Shown in pieces: positions 28,550 through 38,642 of a stretch of DNA of 64,000 bases. Position 1 is the first letter of the stretch. Every line of letters starts with the position of its first letter. The notes beneath the pieces are model-generated. The model was not told the origin of the DNA. It ran no database searches and saw only the letters and a program-made list of their open reading frames with translations. Made by a program: the position numbers and the translations under genes. Source of the stretch: Candidatus Scatomonas merdigallinarum (GTDB lineage Bacteria > Bacillota > Clostridia > Lachnospirales > Lachnospiraceae); contig DVKB01000016.1 in NCBI GenBank assembly GCA_018716305.1, positions 937 through 64,936 on the forward strand, read 5' to 3'.

Positions 28550-28792
28550 TCACACGGGCTCTTCTTCCTCAAACTCCACAATGGTATAATATCCTCTGCT
28601 GGTCTGCCGGATCTCCCTCACAATCCCCGCGGTGGATTTCAGCCGCTCATAGGCCTGATAATTTTTGCTCATAGCCACAGCCGGAACAATGGTATAATAA
28701 TAGGAAGTGGGAAGCGCGCTTTCTGTCACCTGCACCTCCTGTCCCACCTCCAGCAGCCCCTGCCGTTCCATTTTGAATTCCATCTGACGCAT
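28550..28792 (-). CDS. Small hypothetical protein (80 aa)
   Basis: ATG 28792 after a ggagga RBS, downstream of the purH terminator; the ORF-track extension upstream crosses that terminator. Confidence 0.65.
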   Translation of the reverse strand: MRQMEFKMERQGLLEVGQEVQVTESALPTSYYYTIVPAVAMSKNYQAYERLKSTAGIVREIRQTSRGYYTIVEFEEEEPV

Positions 28793-28826
28793 CTTTTCTC
28801 CTCCGCCTTTCTGATTTTCTCCGCCG

Positions 28827-28860
28827 AAAAAAGGGCAGCCTGTCAGCAGCCGCCCTTTTT
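28827..28860 (-). terminator. Terminator after purH
   Basis: aaaaagggc...gcccttttt hairpin with a T run. Confidence 0.75.
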
Positions 28861-28911
28861 GTTTTCTGAACTTTTTCTGGTATTCAATGACCCGATGAAA
28901 CCACGCGCGGA

Positions 28912-30090
28912 TCAGTGATGGAACAGACGGATTCCGGTAAAGGCCATAACCATTCCATACTTGTTGCAGCACTCAATCACCGCGTCGTCCCGAACAGAAC
29001 CGCCGGGCTCCGCCACATATTTCACGCCGCTCTTATGGGCTCTCTCGATGTTGTCAGAGAAGGGGAAGAAGGCGTCAGAGCCCAGGGTCACGCCCTCCAT
29101 CTTGTCCAGCCAGGCCCTCTTTTCCTCTCTGGTAAATACCGCCGGTTTTACCTTGAAGATCTTCTGCCATGCGCCTTCTGCCAGCACATCCATGTACTCT
29201 TCCCCAATATAAACATCAATGGCGTTGTCCCGGTCCGCTCTGCGGATGCCGTCTACAAACTGCAGTCCCAGTACCTGGGGGCTCTGGCGCAGCCACCAGT
29301 TGTCCGCCTTCTGGCCGGCCAGTCTGGTGCAGTGTACACGGGACTGCTGTCCGGCGCCGATGCCGATGGCCTGTCCGTCTTTCACAAAGCAGACAGAGTT
29401 GGACTGGGTGTATTTCAGGGTAATCAGGGAGATCTTCAAATCTCTCAGAGCGCTCTCCGGCAGATCCTTGTTCTCTGTCACAATGTTGGACAGCAGGGCA
29501 TCGTCGATGGGCAGCTCCTGTCTTCCCTGCTCAAAGCAGACGCCGAAAACCTCCTTGTGCTCCAGGGGAGCGGGAACATAGTCCTCATCGATCTGGATCA
29601 CGCAGTAGTTGCCGTTTTTCTTGGATTTCAGGATTTCCAGAGCCTCCTCGGTATATCCGGGGGCGATGACGCCGTCGGAAACCTCTCTCTTAATGAGAGA
29701 AGCGGTATCTTTATCGCAGACATCGGACAGAGAAATGAAATCGCCGAAGGAGGACATTCTGTCCGCGCCTCTGGCTCTGGCGTAAGCGCAGGCCAGGGGA
29801 GACAGCTCGCCCATATCGTCCACCCAGTAGATCTTCCGCAGCGTATCATCCATGGGAAGTCCCACAGCGGCTCCCGCCGGGGAAACATGCTTAAAGGAGG
29901 TGGCCGCCGGAAGGCCGGTGGCTTTCTTCAGCTCTCTTACCAGCTGCCAGCCGTTGAAGGCATCCAGGAAGTTGATGTATCCGGGGCGTCCGGAAAGCAC
30001 CTTGATGGGCAGTTCGCTTCCGTCAGTCATGTAGATCCGGGACGGTTTCTGATTGGGGTTGCATCCGTACTTTAACTGCAGCTCATTCAT
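28912..30090 (-). CDS. purH: AICAR transformylase (stand-alone PurH formyltransferase domain)
   Basis: [39 protein letters not shown]; no N-terminal MGS-like cyclohydrolase domain. Confidence 0.92.
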   Translation of the reverse strand: MNELQLKYGCNPNQKPSRIYMTDGSELPIKVLSGRPGYINFLDAFNGWQLVRELKKATGLPAATSFKHVSPAGAAVGLPMDDTLRKIYWVDDMGELSPLACAYARARGADRMSSFGDFISLSDVCDKDTASLIKREVSDGVIAPGYTEEALEILKSKKNGNYCVIQIDEDYVPAPLEHKEVFGVCFEQGRQELPIDDALLSNIVTENKDLPESALRDLKISLITLKYTQSNSVCFVKDGQAIGIGAGQQSRVHCTRLAGQKADNWWLRQSPQVLGLQFVDGIRRADRDNAIDVYIGEEYMDVLAEGAWQKIFKVKPAVFTREEKRAWLDKMEGVTLGSDAFFPFSDNIERAHKSGVKYVAEPGGSVRDDAVIECCNKYGMVMAFTGIRLFHH

Positions 30091-30104
30091 TTGAAAAATC
30101 CTCC

Positions 30105-30818
30105 TTATTTGTTTTTGTTGACGATCCTGGTCTGAAAGGTTCCGTCTTCAATGTTGATATATCTTACGAAAAGAGAAACTTTGTTATCCTCGTTGAGGCT
30201 GTTCCACAGCATATCCGTAAAGGCGTCCATGTCGTCCGGAATGGCTACCAGCTTGGGCTCTCCCTCAAAGCTGGGCAGGGGATCGCCGTCGTGCATATAG
30301 GTGTGGATGAAATGTCCTTCTCCGGGAACACAGTCGCTGTAGGCAAAGGTAAAGCGGTTGCACTGGGCGGGATCGCCGTTGTTGCTCTTCAGAATGGAAA
30401 GGGCGTAGCTGTAGGAGCCGCCTTCCACATGCATAATGCCGGAGATCCTGGGGGTGTAGTTGGGGGCGTCCGGCTCAAATTCCCGGGTGCGCAGGCACTG
30501 CTCAAAGGTCAGCTGCTTGTCCATTCCCTCATAGATAGTATCTGTCTGGTCGCCGTTGGTAACGATGGTCTTATTTCCCAGCACTCGCACCGGGGCGTAG
30601 ATGATCAGGCTGGGATCCTTCATCTTGGAAGGGTCGAAGGCCTGGGTGCGGATTCCGTCTCCGTCCTCCACAAACACCCGGTTGCGGCTGTTCTCGCTTC
30701 TTCCCATAATAAAATAGGCAGCTACCGCGGACTTTCCGTTCGCGGAACGTCCGATGACAATTCCTCTTCCAGGGTAGGAGTTATTCTTCAGATCCTGTTC
30801 CAGAGATAACATTTCCAT
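30105..30818 (-). CDS. IMP cyclohydrolase (PurO-like, Ntn fold)
   Basis: YPGRGIVIG, YFIMGRS.NSRNR, EPDAPNYTPRISG; immediately upstream of the split purH. Confidence 0.88.
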   Translation of the reverse strand: MEMLSLEQDLKNNSYPGRGIVIGRSANGKSAVAAYFIMGRSENSRNRVFVEDGDGIRTQAFDPSKMKDPSLIIYAPVRVLGNKTIVTNGDQTDTIYEGMDKQLTFEQCLRTREFEPDAPNYTPRISGIMHVEGGSYSYALSILKSNNGDPAQCNRFTFAYSDCVPGEGHFIHTYMHDGDPLPSFEGEPKLVAIPDDMDAFTDMLWNSLNEDNKVSLFVRYINIEDGTFQTRIVNKNK

Positions 30819-30839
30819 AGCTTTTCTCCTTTTCTCAAA

Positions 30840-30942
30840 AAATTAAGGCCTGACAATCCAAGCGTTCTGCCCAGACGGTCGGCCTACTCATAGGATCATG
30901 CTCCCTGTGGTTTCTTCCACTTCCGTCAGTCGCATGACCATT
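30840..30942 (-). ncRNA. ZMP/ZTP (pfl) riboswitch with overlapping terminator
   Basis: GGTCATGCGACTGACGGAAGTGG..CCACAGGGAGCATGATC..GCCGACCGTCTGGGCA; the 3' aptamer strand can pair with gcttggattgtcaggcct followed by a T run; promoter TTGACA (30974-30969), 17 nt, TATGTT (30951-30946). Confidence 0.93.
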
Positions 30943-31021
30943 TTTAACATAGCATTATCCCCCGGAAATGTCAATCGTTTTTTCCGGGGGATTATCTCAA
31001 ATTTTCTTATAATGTTACTAA

Positions 31022-32260
31022 TCACATCAGCGGATATTTTTCCGTCAGGGCTTTTACGTTTGCTCTTGCCTGGTCCGCAAAGCCTTCCGGATCCTTCAGC
31101 ATCCTGGCGATGGTTTCGGCAATGACCTCCATGTCCTCTTCTTTCATGCCTCTGGAGGTAACTGCCGGCGTGCCCAGACGCAGGCCGCTGGTCACAAAGG
31201 CTGACTGGGGATCGTTGGGGATGGTGTTCTTGTTGGCTGTGATATTCACGCTGTCCAGCAGGTTTTCCACTTCCTTGCCGGTTCTGCCGATAGCTGCCAG
31301 ATTGACCAGCATCAGGTGATTGTCCGTGCCGCCGGACACAATGGGCACGCCCCGGTCCATAAGGCCCTGGCAGAGAGTCTTGGCGTTCAGGACCACCTGT
31401 TTTCCGTATTCCTGGAATTCCGGACTTAAAGCCTCCTTCAGGCACACCGCCTTGGAAGCGATGACGTGCATCAGGGGGCCTCCCTGGATCCCCGGGAATA
31501 CTGCTTTATTCAGCTTATGCTCTTTGGCGAATTCCTCACTGGAGAGAATCAGGCCGCCTCTGGGGCCTCTTAAGGTCTTGTGGGTGGTGGTGGTGGTCAC
31601 ATCCGCGTAGGGGATGGGGCTGGGATGCTGTCCCGTAGCTACCAGGCCCGCGATGTGGGCGATATCTACCATCAGATAAGCGCCTACCATATCGGCGATC
31701 TCCCGGAATCTCTTGAAATCCAGAGTCCTTCCGTAGGCGCTGGCTCCTGCCACGATCAGTTTCGGACGGCACTCTTTGGCGATCCGCTCCACCTCATCGT
31801 AGTCAATGAAGCCCTCCCCATTGACTCCGTAGGGAACGATGTGGAAGTAAGCGCCGGAAAAATTGGCCGGGCTTCCATGGGACAGATGTCCTCCCTCGGA
31901 GAGATTCATACCCATGACTGTATCGCCGGGTTTCAGCAGGGCAAAGAACACGGCCATGTTGGCCTGGGCACCGGAATGGGGCTGTACATTGGCGTAGGTG
32001 CAGCCAAACAGCTTCTTGGCTCTCTCAATGGCCAGAGTCTCCACCTGATCCACACACTGGCAGCCTCCGTAGAAACGTTTTCCCGGATAACCTTCCGCAT
32101 ATTTATTGGTAAGAGGGCTTCCCATGGCGGCCATCACCGCTTTGGATACCCAGTTTTCAGACGCGATCAGTTCAATATGGCTGTTCTGGCGCTTCAGCTC
32201 CGCCATGATCAGATCCGCAATTTCGGGATCCACCGCCCTTACTTCCTCTAATGAATACAT
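31022..32260 (-). CDS. glyA: Serine hydroxymethyltransferase
   Basis: [38 protein letters not shown]. Confidence 0.98.
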   Translation of the reverse strand: MYSLEEVRAVDPEIADLIMAELKRQNSHIELIASENWVSKAVMAAMGSPLTNKYAEGYPGKRFYGGCQCVDQVETLAIERAKKLFGCTYANVQPHSGAQANMAVFFALLKPGDTVMGMNLSEGGHLSHGSPANFSGAYFHIVPYGVNGEGFIDYDEVERIAKECRPKLIVAGASAYGRTLDFKRFREIADMVGAYLMVDIAHIAGLVATGQHPSPIPYADVTTTTTHKTLRGPRGGLILSSEEFAKEHKLNKAVFPGIQGGPLMHVIASKAVCLKEALSPEFQEYGKQVVLNAKTLCQGLMDRGVPIVSGGTDNHLMLVNLAAIGRTGKEVENLLDSVNITANKNTIPNDPQSAFVTSGLRLGTPAVTSRGMKEEDMEVIAETIARMLKDPEGFADQARANVKALTEKYPLM

Positions 32261-32384
32261 GTATTCCTGTTCCTCCTAGGCAAACTTTTGTAGTTTCCGC
32301 GCAAACACGGTATGGAACCATAATACGTACATTCTCCGGAAAAGTCAAGCCCCAGCTCCGTTTTCCGGCAAAAGCCCCGGGGTT

Positions 32385-33443
32385 TTACAGTTCCATCAGT
32401 TCTTTGGGGGAAAGGGTGAGATTCTCGCAGCCCTCCTCCGTCACCGCCACCATATCCTCGATGCGGACGCCCCCGAAGCCCGGCACATAGATCCCCGGCT
32501 CCACCGTTTCGATCATTCCCGGCTCCAGGATGGTGTCGTCCCCCGGGGAAAGCCTTGGTTCCTCATGGATGTAAAGGCCTACGCTGTGGCCCAGGCCGTG
32601 GCCGAAGCAGTCTCCGTATCCGGCCTTTTCGATGATCTCCCTGGCCTCCCGGTCCACCCGGCTGCCGGGAAGTCCCGCCCGGATCAGCTCCAGGGCCGCT
32701 CTCTGGGCTTTCAGTACAATGCCGTAGATCTCCTTCTGTTTTTCATCGGCTTTCCCCAGCACCACCGTCCGGGTCATATCGGAGCAGTAGCCCCGGTACA
32801 CGCAGCCGAAATCCATGGTGATAAAATCTCCCTTCTCCAGCTTCTTTTCCGAGGGAATGGCGTGGGGCATGGAAGAATGGATGCCGGAGGCCATAATGGT
32901 ATCGAAGGAAAAGCCTTCCGCTCCCCGCTTCTTCATCTGATATTCCAGTTCCGCCGCCGCTTCCAGCTCTGTCATGCCGGGCTTCAGCAGGGGCAGCAGG
33001 GCCTGGAAGGCTTCGTCCCCGATGGCCTCGGCTCTTCTCAGGTATTCCAGTTCCTCCGGGGTTTTGATCCTGCGGAGGCAGTCTGCGCTCCCTCCCAGGG
33101 GGATCCAGTGTTTCACCTCCGGCAGGGCGTTCCGCAGGACCGCGAATTCCGAACAGCGCAGAGACTGATCCTCATATCCCGCCGCCTCCGCCCCGGTTTC
33201 CGAAAACAGTTCCCTTAAAATGGCCGTCCGGCGGTGTCCCCGGTTCTCCTCTATGACTTCAAAGTCTGTTTCCTGTGACGCCGCCTCGGTGTAGCGGGAA
33301 TCTGTGATCAGGGCCCGGCGGTCCCGGGTCAGGAACAGCATGCCCTCCCCGCCCCGGAAGCCGGAAATATAACGCATATTATAAGGGTCCGTGATCAGCA
33401 GGGCCTCCGCCTTCTTCTCCCGGAAAATATCCTCCAGTTTCAT
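32385..33443 (-). CDS. Xaa-Pro aminopeptidase (M24B)
   Basis: TDSRY, SMPHA, DFGC...YCSDMTRT, GHGLGHSVG..IHE, EPGIY, GGVRIED. Confidence 0.93.
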   Translation of the reverse strand: MKLEDIFREKKAEALLITDPYNMRYISGFRGGEGMLFLTRDRRALITDSRYTEAASQETDFEVIEENRGHRRTAILRELFSETGAEAAGYEDQSLRCSEFAVLRNALPEVKHWIPLGGSADCLRRIKTPEELEYLRRAEAIGDEAFQALLPLLKPGMTELEAAAELEYQMKKRGAEGFSFDTIMASGIHSSMPHAIPSEKKLEKGDFITMDFGCVYRGYCSDMTRTVVLGKADEKQKEIYGIVLKAQRAALELIRAGLPGSRVDREAREIIEKAGYGDCFGHGLGHSVGLYIHEEPRLSPGDDTILEPGMIETVEPGIYVPGFGGVRIEDMVAVTEEGCENLTLSPKELMEL

Positions 33444-33456
33444 GCTGCTTCTCCTT

Positions 33457-34734
33457 TTACACGGCCTGCAAAGCCTGATCCAGATCCGCGATAATGTCGT
33501 CGGCATCCTCGATGCCCACAGAAAGGCGGATCAGATCCGGCAGTACGCCGGCTTCCGCCAGCTGCTCGTCGTTGAGCTGGCGGTGGGTATGGCTGGCGGG
33601 ATGCAGGACGCAGGACTTGGCATCCGCCACATGGGTCTCAATGGCCACCATCTTCAGGGCGTTGGTAAACCGCAGGGCTCCGTCCCGGCCGCCCTTGGGC
33701 CCGAAGCAGAGCACGCCGCAGACGCCCTTGGGCATATATTTCTGAGCCAGATCATAGTATTTGTCTCCCGGCAGTCCGGCGTATTCCACCCAAGCCACCT
33801 TGGGATGATTTTTCAGGAAAGCCGCCACTTTCGTGGCATTCTCACAGTGTCTCGGCACCCGCAGATGCAGGGTTTCCAGACCGATATTGGTGAGGAAGGC
33901 GTTCTGGGGAGACTGGCAGGCTCCCATATCCCGCATGAGCTGGGCCGTGGCCTTGGTAATATAGGCGGCCTTGCCGAACTTCTCCGCGTAGACGATGCCG
34001 TGGTAGGATTCATCGGGAGTGGTCAGTCCCGGGAACTTGTCCTTGTGGGCCATCCAGTCAAAATTTCCGGAGTCTACAATGGCTCCGCCCACCGCCATGG
34101 CGTGTCCGTCCATATATTTGGTAGTGGAATGGGTCACAATGTCCACGCCCCATTCAAAGGGACGGCAGTTAATGGGCGTGGCAAAGGTATTGTCGCAGAT
34201 CATGGGAACTCCGTGATCGTGAGCCAGTTTTACGAATTTCTCAATATCCAGAATGACTCCCGCCGGGTTGGAGATGGTCTCCGCGAACACCGCCTTGGTA
34301 TTGGGGCGGAAGGCCTTTTCCAGTTCCTCCGCCGGAGCGTCCTGATCCACCAGGGTGGTCTCCAGGCCGAACCGCTTCAGGGTCACCGTCAGCAGGTTGG
34401 AAGTGCCTCCGTAGCACTTGGCTCCGCAGATCACATGGTCTCCCGCTTCGCAGATATTGGTAATGGCCAGCATGGTAGCCGCCTGGCCGGAAGAAGTCAG
34501 CATGGCTGCCGCGCCTCCCTCCAGCTGGCAGATCTTGGAAGCCACCACGTCACAGGTGGGATTCTGCAGCCTGGAGTAGAAATATCCTTCTTTCTCCAGA
34601 TCGAACAGGGCTCCCATCTCCTCGCTGGTGTCATACTTATAGGTTGTACTCTGATAGATAGGCAGCATTCTGGGCTCGCCGTTTTTCGGCTGCCAGCCGC
34701 CCTGCAAACAGATTGAATCCACTTTCAGTCCCAT
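33457..34734 (-). CDS. metY: O-acetylhomoserine aminocarboxypropyltransferase
   Basis: PIYQSTTY, YSRLQNPT, SSGQAA, HSTTKYMDGH, LIRLSVGIED. Confidence 0.88.
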   Translation of the reverse strand: MGLKVDSICLQGGWQPKNGEPRMLPIYQSTTYKYDTSEEMGALFDLEKEGYFYSRLQNPTCDVVASKICQLEGGAAAMLTSSGQAATMLAITNICEAGDHVICGAKCYGGTSNLLTVTLKRFGLETTLVDQDAPAEELEKAFRPNTKAVFAETISNPAGVILDIEKFVKLAHDHGVPMICDNTFATPINCRPFEWGVDIVTHSTTKYMDGHAMAVGGAIVDSGNFDWMAHKDKFPGLTTPDESYHGIVYAEKFGKAAYITKATAQLMRDMGACQSPQNAFLTNIGLETLHLRVPRHCENATKVAAFLKNHPKVAWVEYAGLPGDKYYDLAQKYMPKGVCGVLCFGPKGGRDGALRFTNALKMVAIETHVADAKSCVLHPASHTHRQLNDEQLAEAGVLPDLIRLSVGIEDADDIIADLDQALQAV

Positions 34735-34750
34735 AATTTTTTCCTCTTTT

Positions 34751-37159
34751 CTATTGATTGTTCATGGAGAGGCTGTCCACGTACCGCTGGATATTGGAGA
34801 CGTTCACATACTTGAAGGTCTCCCCGTGGTCCAGCACCACCAGAGTGGGGGCCTGGAGAATCCCGTATTTCTGTACCAGTTCCGGATGCCGCTCCGCGTC
34901 GATGACCTCATAGGGCTCCTCCGCCAGCATCTCCCTGGCAACCCGGCAGTTGGGGCAGGTGCTGGTGGTAAACAGATACCGCGCTGTTCCTTCTCCCGGC
35001 CGCTCCGGGGAGCTCTTTGCCGTATTCTTTGCCGTATTCTCCGCCGCTCTTTTCTCCTCCCGGACAGCTTCGTTCCTATTATACCCGGAAATGTCCATGC
35101 GGTAAACCCTTCTGTCCTTATATTCCTGGGCTTTTCCGTCATTCCAGTTCTGCACCGGCCGGTAGTAGCCGGTGATCCGGCTGTAAACCTCCGCCGGTTT
35201 TCCGCAGGCGGGGCAGGTGAAATGCTCCCCGGCAATGTAGCCGTGATCCCGGCAGACCGAGTAGGTGGGGGACAGCGTATAATAGGGAAGCTTATAGTTT
35301 TCCGCGATGGTCCGCACCAGGGCGGCGGCGGATTTCCAGTCAGGCAGCTTTTCTCCCAGGAACGCGTGGAACACCGTACCGGAGGTATAAAGGGTCTGCA
35401 TCTGATCCTGAATGTCCAGGGCGGCAAAAATATCTTCCGTGAAATTCACCGGCAGGTGGGAGCTGTTGGTGTAATAGGGAGTCTCCCCCTCTTCTCCGGC
35501 CGTTTTGATCTCCGGCCATTTAGCCCGGTCGTGCTTGGCCAGCCGGTAGCTGGTGGATTCCGCCGGGGTGGCCTCCAGATTGTAAAGATCCCCGTACTCC
35601 TCCTGGTACTTCACCAGACGCTCCCGCATGTGGCTCAGCACATCCCTGGTGAATCTCTGGGTGGCGGGATCGGTCATATCCTTTCCCAGCCAGCGGGCGT
35701 TGAGGCCCGCCTCATTCATGCCCACCAGGCCGATGGTGGAAAAATGATTGGCAAAGCTGCCCAGATACCGTTTTGTGTAAGGATACAGTCCCTCGTTCAG
35801 CAGGCGGGTGATCACCTCTCTCTTTACCTTCAGGGAGCGGGCGGAGAGATCCATCATGTGATCCAGACGGCGGTAAAACTCTTCTTCATTCCTGGACAGA
35901 TACGCGATCCGGGGCATATTGATGGTGACCACGCCCACGGACCCGGTGCTCTCCCCGGAGCCGAAGTATCCTCCGGTCTTCTTCCGCAGTTCCCGCAAAT
36001 CCAGCCGGAGGCGGCAGCACATGGAGCGCACGTCGCTGGGCTGCATATCGCTGTTGATATAGTTGGAGAAATACGGGGTTCCGTACTTGCTGGTCATCTC
36101 GAACAGCAGGCGGTTGTTCTCCGTATCGGACCAGTCGAAATCCGAAGTGATGGAGTAGGTGGGAATGGGGTACTGGAAGCCCCGTCCGTTGGCGTCTCCT
36201 TCGATCATGGTCTCGATGAAAGCCTTGTTGACCATATCCATCTCTTTTTTGCAGTCTTTGTAGCGGAAATCCATTTCCTTTCCCCCTACGATGGCCGGCA
36301 GCTCCGCCAGATCCTCGGGCACGGTCCAGTCCAGGGTGATGTTGGAGAAAGGCGCCTGGGTCCCCCAGCGGCTGGGGGTGTTGACCCCGTAGATAAAGGA
36401 CTCAATGCATTTTTTCACCTCCGGGTAGGTCAGATGATCCGCCTTGACAAAAGGCGCCAGGTACGTGTCAAAGGAAGAAAAAGCCTGGGCCCCCGCCCAC
36501 TCGTTCTGCATGATCCCCAGGAAGTTTACCATCTGGTTGCAGAGGACGCTTAAGTGTTTGGCGGGGGAGGATGTGATCTTCCCCTCGATGCCTCCCAGTC
36601 CCTCCCGGATCAGCTGCTTTAAGGACCAGCCGGCGCAGTATCCGGTGAGCATGGAAAGGTCGTGGATATGGATGTCCGCGTTCCGGTGGGCCTGGGCGAT
36701 CTCGTTGTCATAGATCTCCGACAGCCAGTAATTGGCGGTCACCGCCCCGGAGTTACTGAGGATCAGTCCTCCTACGGAGTAGGTGACGGTGGAATTCTCC
36801 TTGACCCGCCAGTCTTCCACCTTCACGTAGCTGTTGACGATCTCCTTATAATCCAGGATGGTGGACTTCATATTGCGCATTTTTTCCCGCTGCTTCCGAT
36901 ACAGGATATAGGCTTTCGCCACATCCCCGTACCCGCACTGGATCAGCACGTTTTCCACGGAATCCTGGATCTTTTCCACCTGGATCCGGTCCTCCCGGAT
37001 CTTTTCCTGGAAATCCGCCGTCACCCGCAGCGCCAGCATATCCAGCATATCCCGGCTGTAGTTTTTCTGTTCCGCCTCAAAGGCCTTGCCGATGGCGTCC
37101 GATATCTTGGAGAGCTGAAATTCCGCCACCGCTCCGTCCCGTTTTTCTACCTGAAACAT
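34751..37159 (-). CDS. nrdD: Anaerobic (class III) ribonucleotide reductase with ATP cone and C-terminal glutaredoxin-like domain
   Basis: VEKRDG ATP cone, GYCAG, SMCCRL, EATPAES, CxxH/CxxC Zn site, glycyl radical loop YSRITGYYRP, then an extra domain with TCPNC and QAPTL. Confidence 0.95.
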   Translation of the reverse strand: MFQVEKRDGAVAEFQLSKISDAIGKAFEAEQKNYSRDMLDMLALRVTADFQEKIREDRIQVEKIQDSVENVLIQCGYGDVAKAYILYRKQREKMRNMKSTILDYKEIVNSYVKVEDWRVKENSTVTYSVGGLILSNSGAVTANYWLSEIYDNEIAQAHRNADIHIHDLSMLTGYCAGWSLKQLIREGLGGIEGKITSSPAKHLSVLCNQMVNFLGIMQNEWAGAQAFSSFDTYLAPFVKADHLTYPEVKKCIESFIYGVNTPSRWGTQAPFSNITLDWTVPEDLAELPAIVGGKEMDFRYKDCKKEMDMVNKAFIETMIEGDANGRGFQYPIPTYSITSDFDWSDTENNRLLFEMTSKYGTPYFSNYINSDMQPSDVRSMCCRLRLDLRELRKKTGGYFGSGESTGSVGVVTINMPRIAYLSRNEEEFYRRLDHMMDLSARSLKVKREVITRLLNEGLYPYTKRYLGSFANHFSTIGLVGMNEAGLNARWLGKDMTDPATQRFTRDVLSHMRERLVKYQEEYGDLYNLEATPAESTSYRLAKHDRAKWPEIKTAGEEGETPYYTNSSHLPVNFTEDIFAALDIQDQMQTLYTSGTVFHAFLGEKLPDWKSAAALVRTIAENYKLPYYTLSPTYSVCRDHGYIAGEHFTCPACGKPAEVYSRITGYYRPVQNWNDGKAQEYKDRRVYRMDISGYNRNEAVREEKRAAENTAKNTAKSSPERPGEGTARYLFTTSTCPNCRVAREMLAEEPYEVIDAERHPELVQKYGILQAPTLVVLDHGETFKYVNVSNIQRYVDSLSMNNQ

Positions 37160-37241
37160 GATCTATCTCCTCTGTATGATATTTCCGCAAAATCTGCCCC
37201 GGGGAAAGATTCCGCCTCTCTCCCCGGAGCGGTACACTGCC

Positions 37242-37270
37242 ATCATAGCAGAGATACTCCTGTGCGTCAA
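37242..37270 (-). promoter_or_regulatory. nrdD promoter
   Basis: TTGACG (37270-37265), 17 nt, TG-c-TATGAT (37247-37242). Confidence 0.75.
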
Positions 37271-37278
37271 CAGAAAAA

Positions 37279-37325
37279 ACACCACATATTGTATGCGGTG
37301 TTTTCTGTATATCTATATATAGAAT
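37279..37325. promoter_or_regulatory. Tandem NrdR boxes
   Basis: acaccacatattgtat (37279-37294) and tatctatatatagaat (37310-37325) match acaCwAtATaTwGtgt with the typical 31-bp spacing. Confidence 0.85.
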
Positions 37326-37376
37326 ATTAATCAAAAAAAACCTCGACTGGAATACCTGGAAATTTCAGCTGAAGAG

Positions 37377-38615
37377 TCAGATTTTCCCGTAGATTTCTTT
37401 TGGCACGTAAGCCTTTACCTGAATGCCCTCCGCCAGATATTCCTCGGATACCAGCCGTCCCCGGCGGCGGATCAGGGCGATTTTGCCCGCTTCGCTGTAG
37501 GGATACAGCCGCTCCACATAAATCTGCTGTTCCAGCAGAATCTTCTCCAGAACCGCCCGGAACTCCTCCAGTCCCTGACCGGTTTTTGCGGAGATCCGCA
37601 GGCTGTAATCCGCCTGCAAATCTTTGCAGCTTTTTTCTGCCTCCAGCTTGTCCTGCTTGTTGAACAGAGTTACCACCGGTTTTCCCTCTGCTCCCAGTTC
37701 CCGGAGGGTCTCATAGACCACATGCATCTGCTCTTCCATCTGAGGGCTGGAGGCGTCCACTACATGGACGATGATGTCCGCCAGCACCGCCTCCTCCAGG
37801 GTGCTTTTGAATGCGTCGATGAGATGATGGGGCAGCTTGCGGATAAAGCCCACGGTATCTGTCAGCAGGATCTCTCCGCCGCCCGGAAGATCCAGCAGGC
37901 GGGTGGTGGGATCCAGAGTGGCGAAAAGGGCGTCCTCCTCCAGGACCTCCGCTCCGGTCAGCACATTTAAAAGGGTGGACTTTCCCGCATTGGTGTAGCC
38001 CACAATAGCCGCAGTGCGGAAATTTCCTTTTTCCCTGCCCTCCCGCAGAACGTCCCTGTGCTGCCGCACCTCCTCCAGCTCTTTTCGAAGGGCGGCGATT
38101 CTGCTGGAAATCAGCCGCCGGTCCATCTCCAGTTTTTTCTCTCCGGGGCCCCTGGTGCCGATGCCGCCTCCCAGACGGGAAAGAGAACTGCGCAGACCTA
38201 CCAGACGGGCCTGCCGGTATTTCAGCTGGGCCATCTCCACCTGAAGCTTTCCCTCGCTGGTTCTTGCCCTGGAGGCGAAGATATCCAGAATCAGCAGCGT
38301 CCGATCCACAATTTTACAGGACAATTCCTCCTCCAGATTTTTCATCTGGGCCGGGGTCAGCTCGTCGTCGCAGATCACCCCATCGGCCTCCAGATGATAG
38401 AGCAGCTGGCGGATCTCCTCCAGCTTTCCCTTTCCCACGTAGGTGGCCGGATGGATCCCCTCCCGATTCTGAAGAATTTTGGAAGCCACCTCCGCTCCCG
38501 CCGTCTCCGCCAGCTCCTCCAGCTCTTTCAGAGACGCGTAAGCATCCATCTGGTTTCCCTCGGAAACTCCCACCAGGATCATTCTCTCTTTTTCTTGCTC
38601 CATACTGTAAATCAT
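37377..38615 (-). CDS. hflX: GTPase HflX
   Basis: GKGKLEEI, EGKLQVEMAQL, GIGTRGPGE, GYTNAGKST, DTVGF, NKQD (start may be ATG 38603). Confidence 0.96.
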   Translation of the reverse strand: MIYSMEQEKERMILVGVSEGNQMDAYASLKELEELAETAGAEVASKILQNREGIHPATYVGKGKLEEIRQLLYHLEADGVICDDELTPAQMKNLEEELSCKIVDRTLLILDIFASRARTSEGKLQVEMAQLKYRQARLVGLRSSLSRLGGGIGTRGPGEKKLEMDRRLISSRIAALRKELEEVRQHRDVLREGREKGNFRTAAIVGYTNAGKSTLLNVLTGAEVLEEDALFATLDPTTRLLDLPGGGEILLTDTVGFIRKLPHHLIDAFKSTLEEAVLADIIVHVVDASSPQMEEQMHVVYETLRELGAEGKPVVTLFNKQDKLEAEKSCKDLQADYSLRISAKTGQGLEEFRAVLEKILLEQQIYVERLYPYSEAGKIALIRRRGRLVSEEYLAEGIQVKAYVPKEIYGKI

Positions 38616-38642
38616 CCGCCCACTCCTTCTCCTTAACCGGCG

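Noticed and set aside
30888-31445. 185-aa ORF overlapping glyA and the riboswitch
   Set aside because: Alternate frame of glyA running into the ZTP aptamer; no coding signature.
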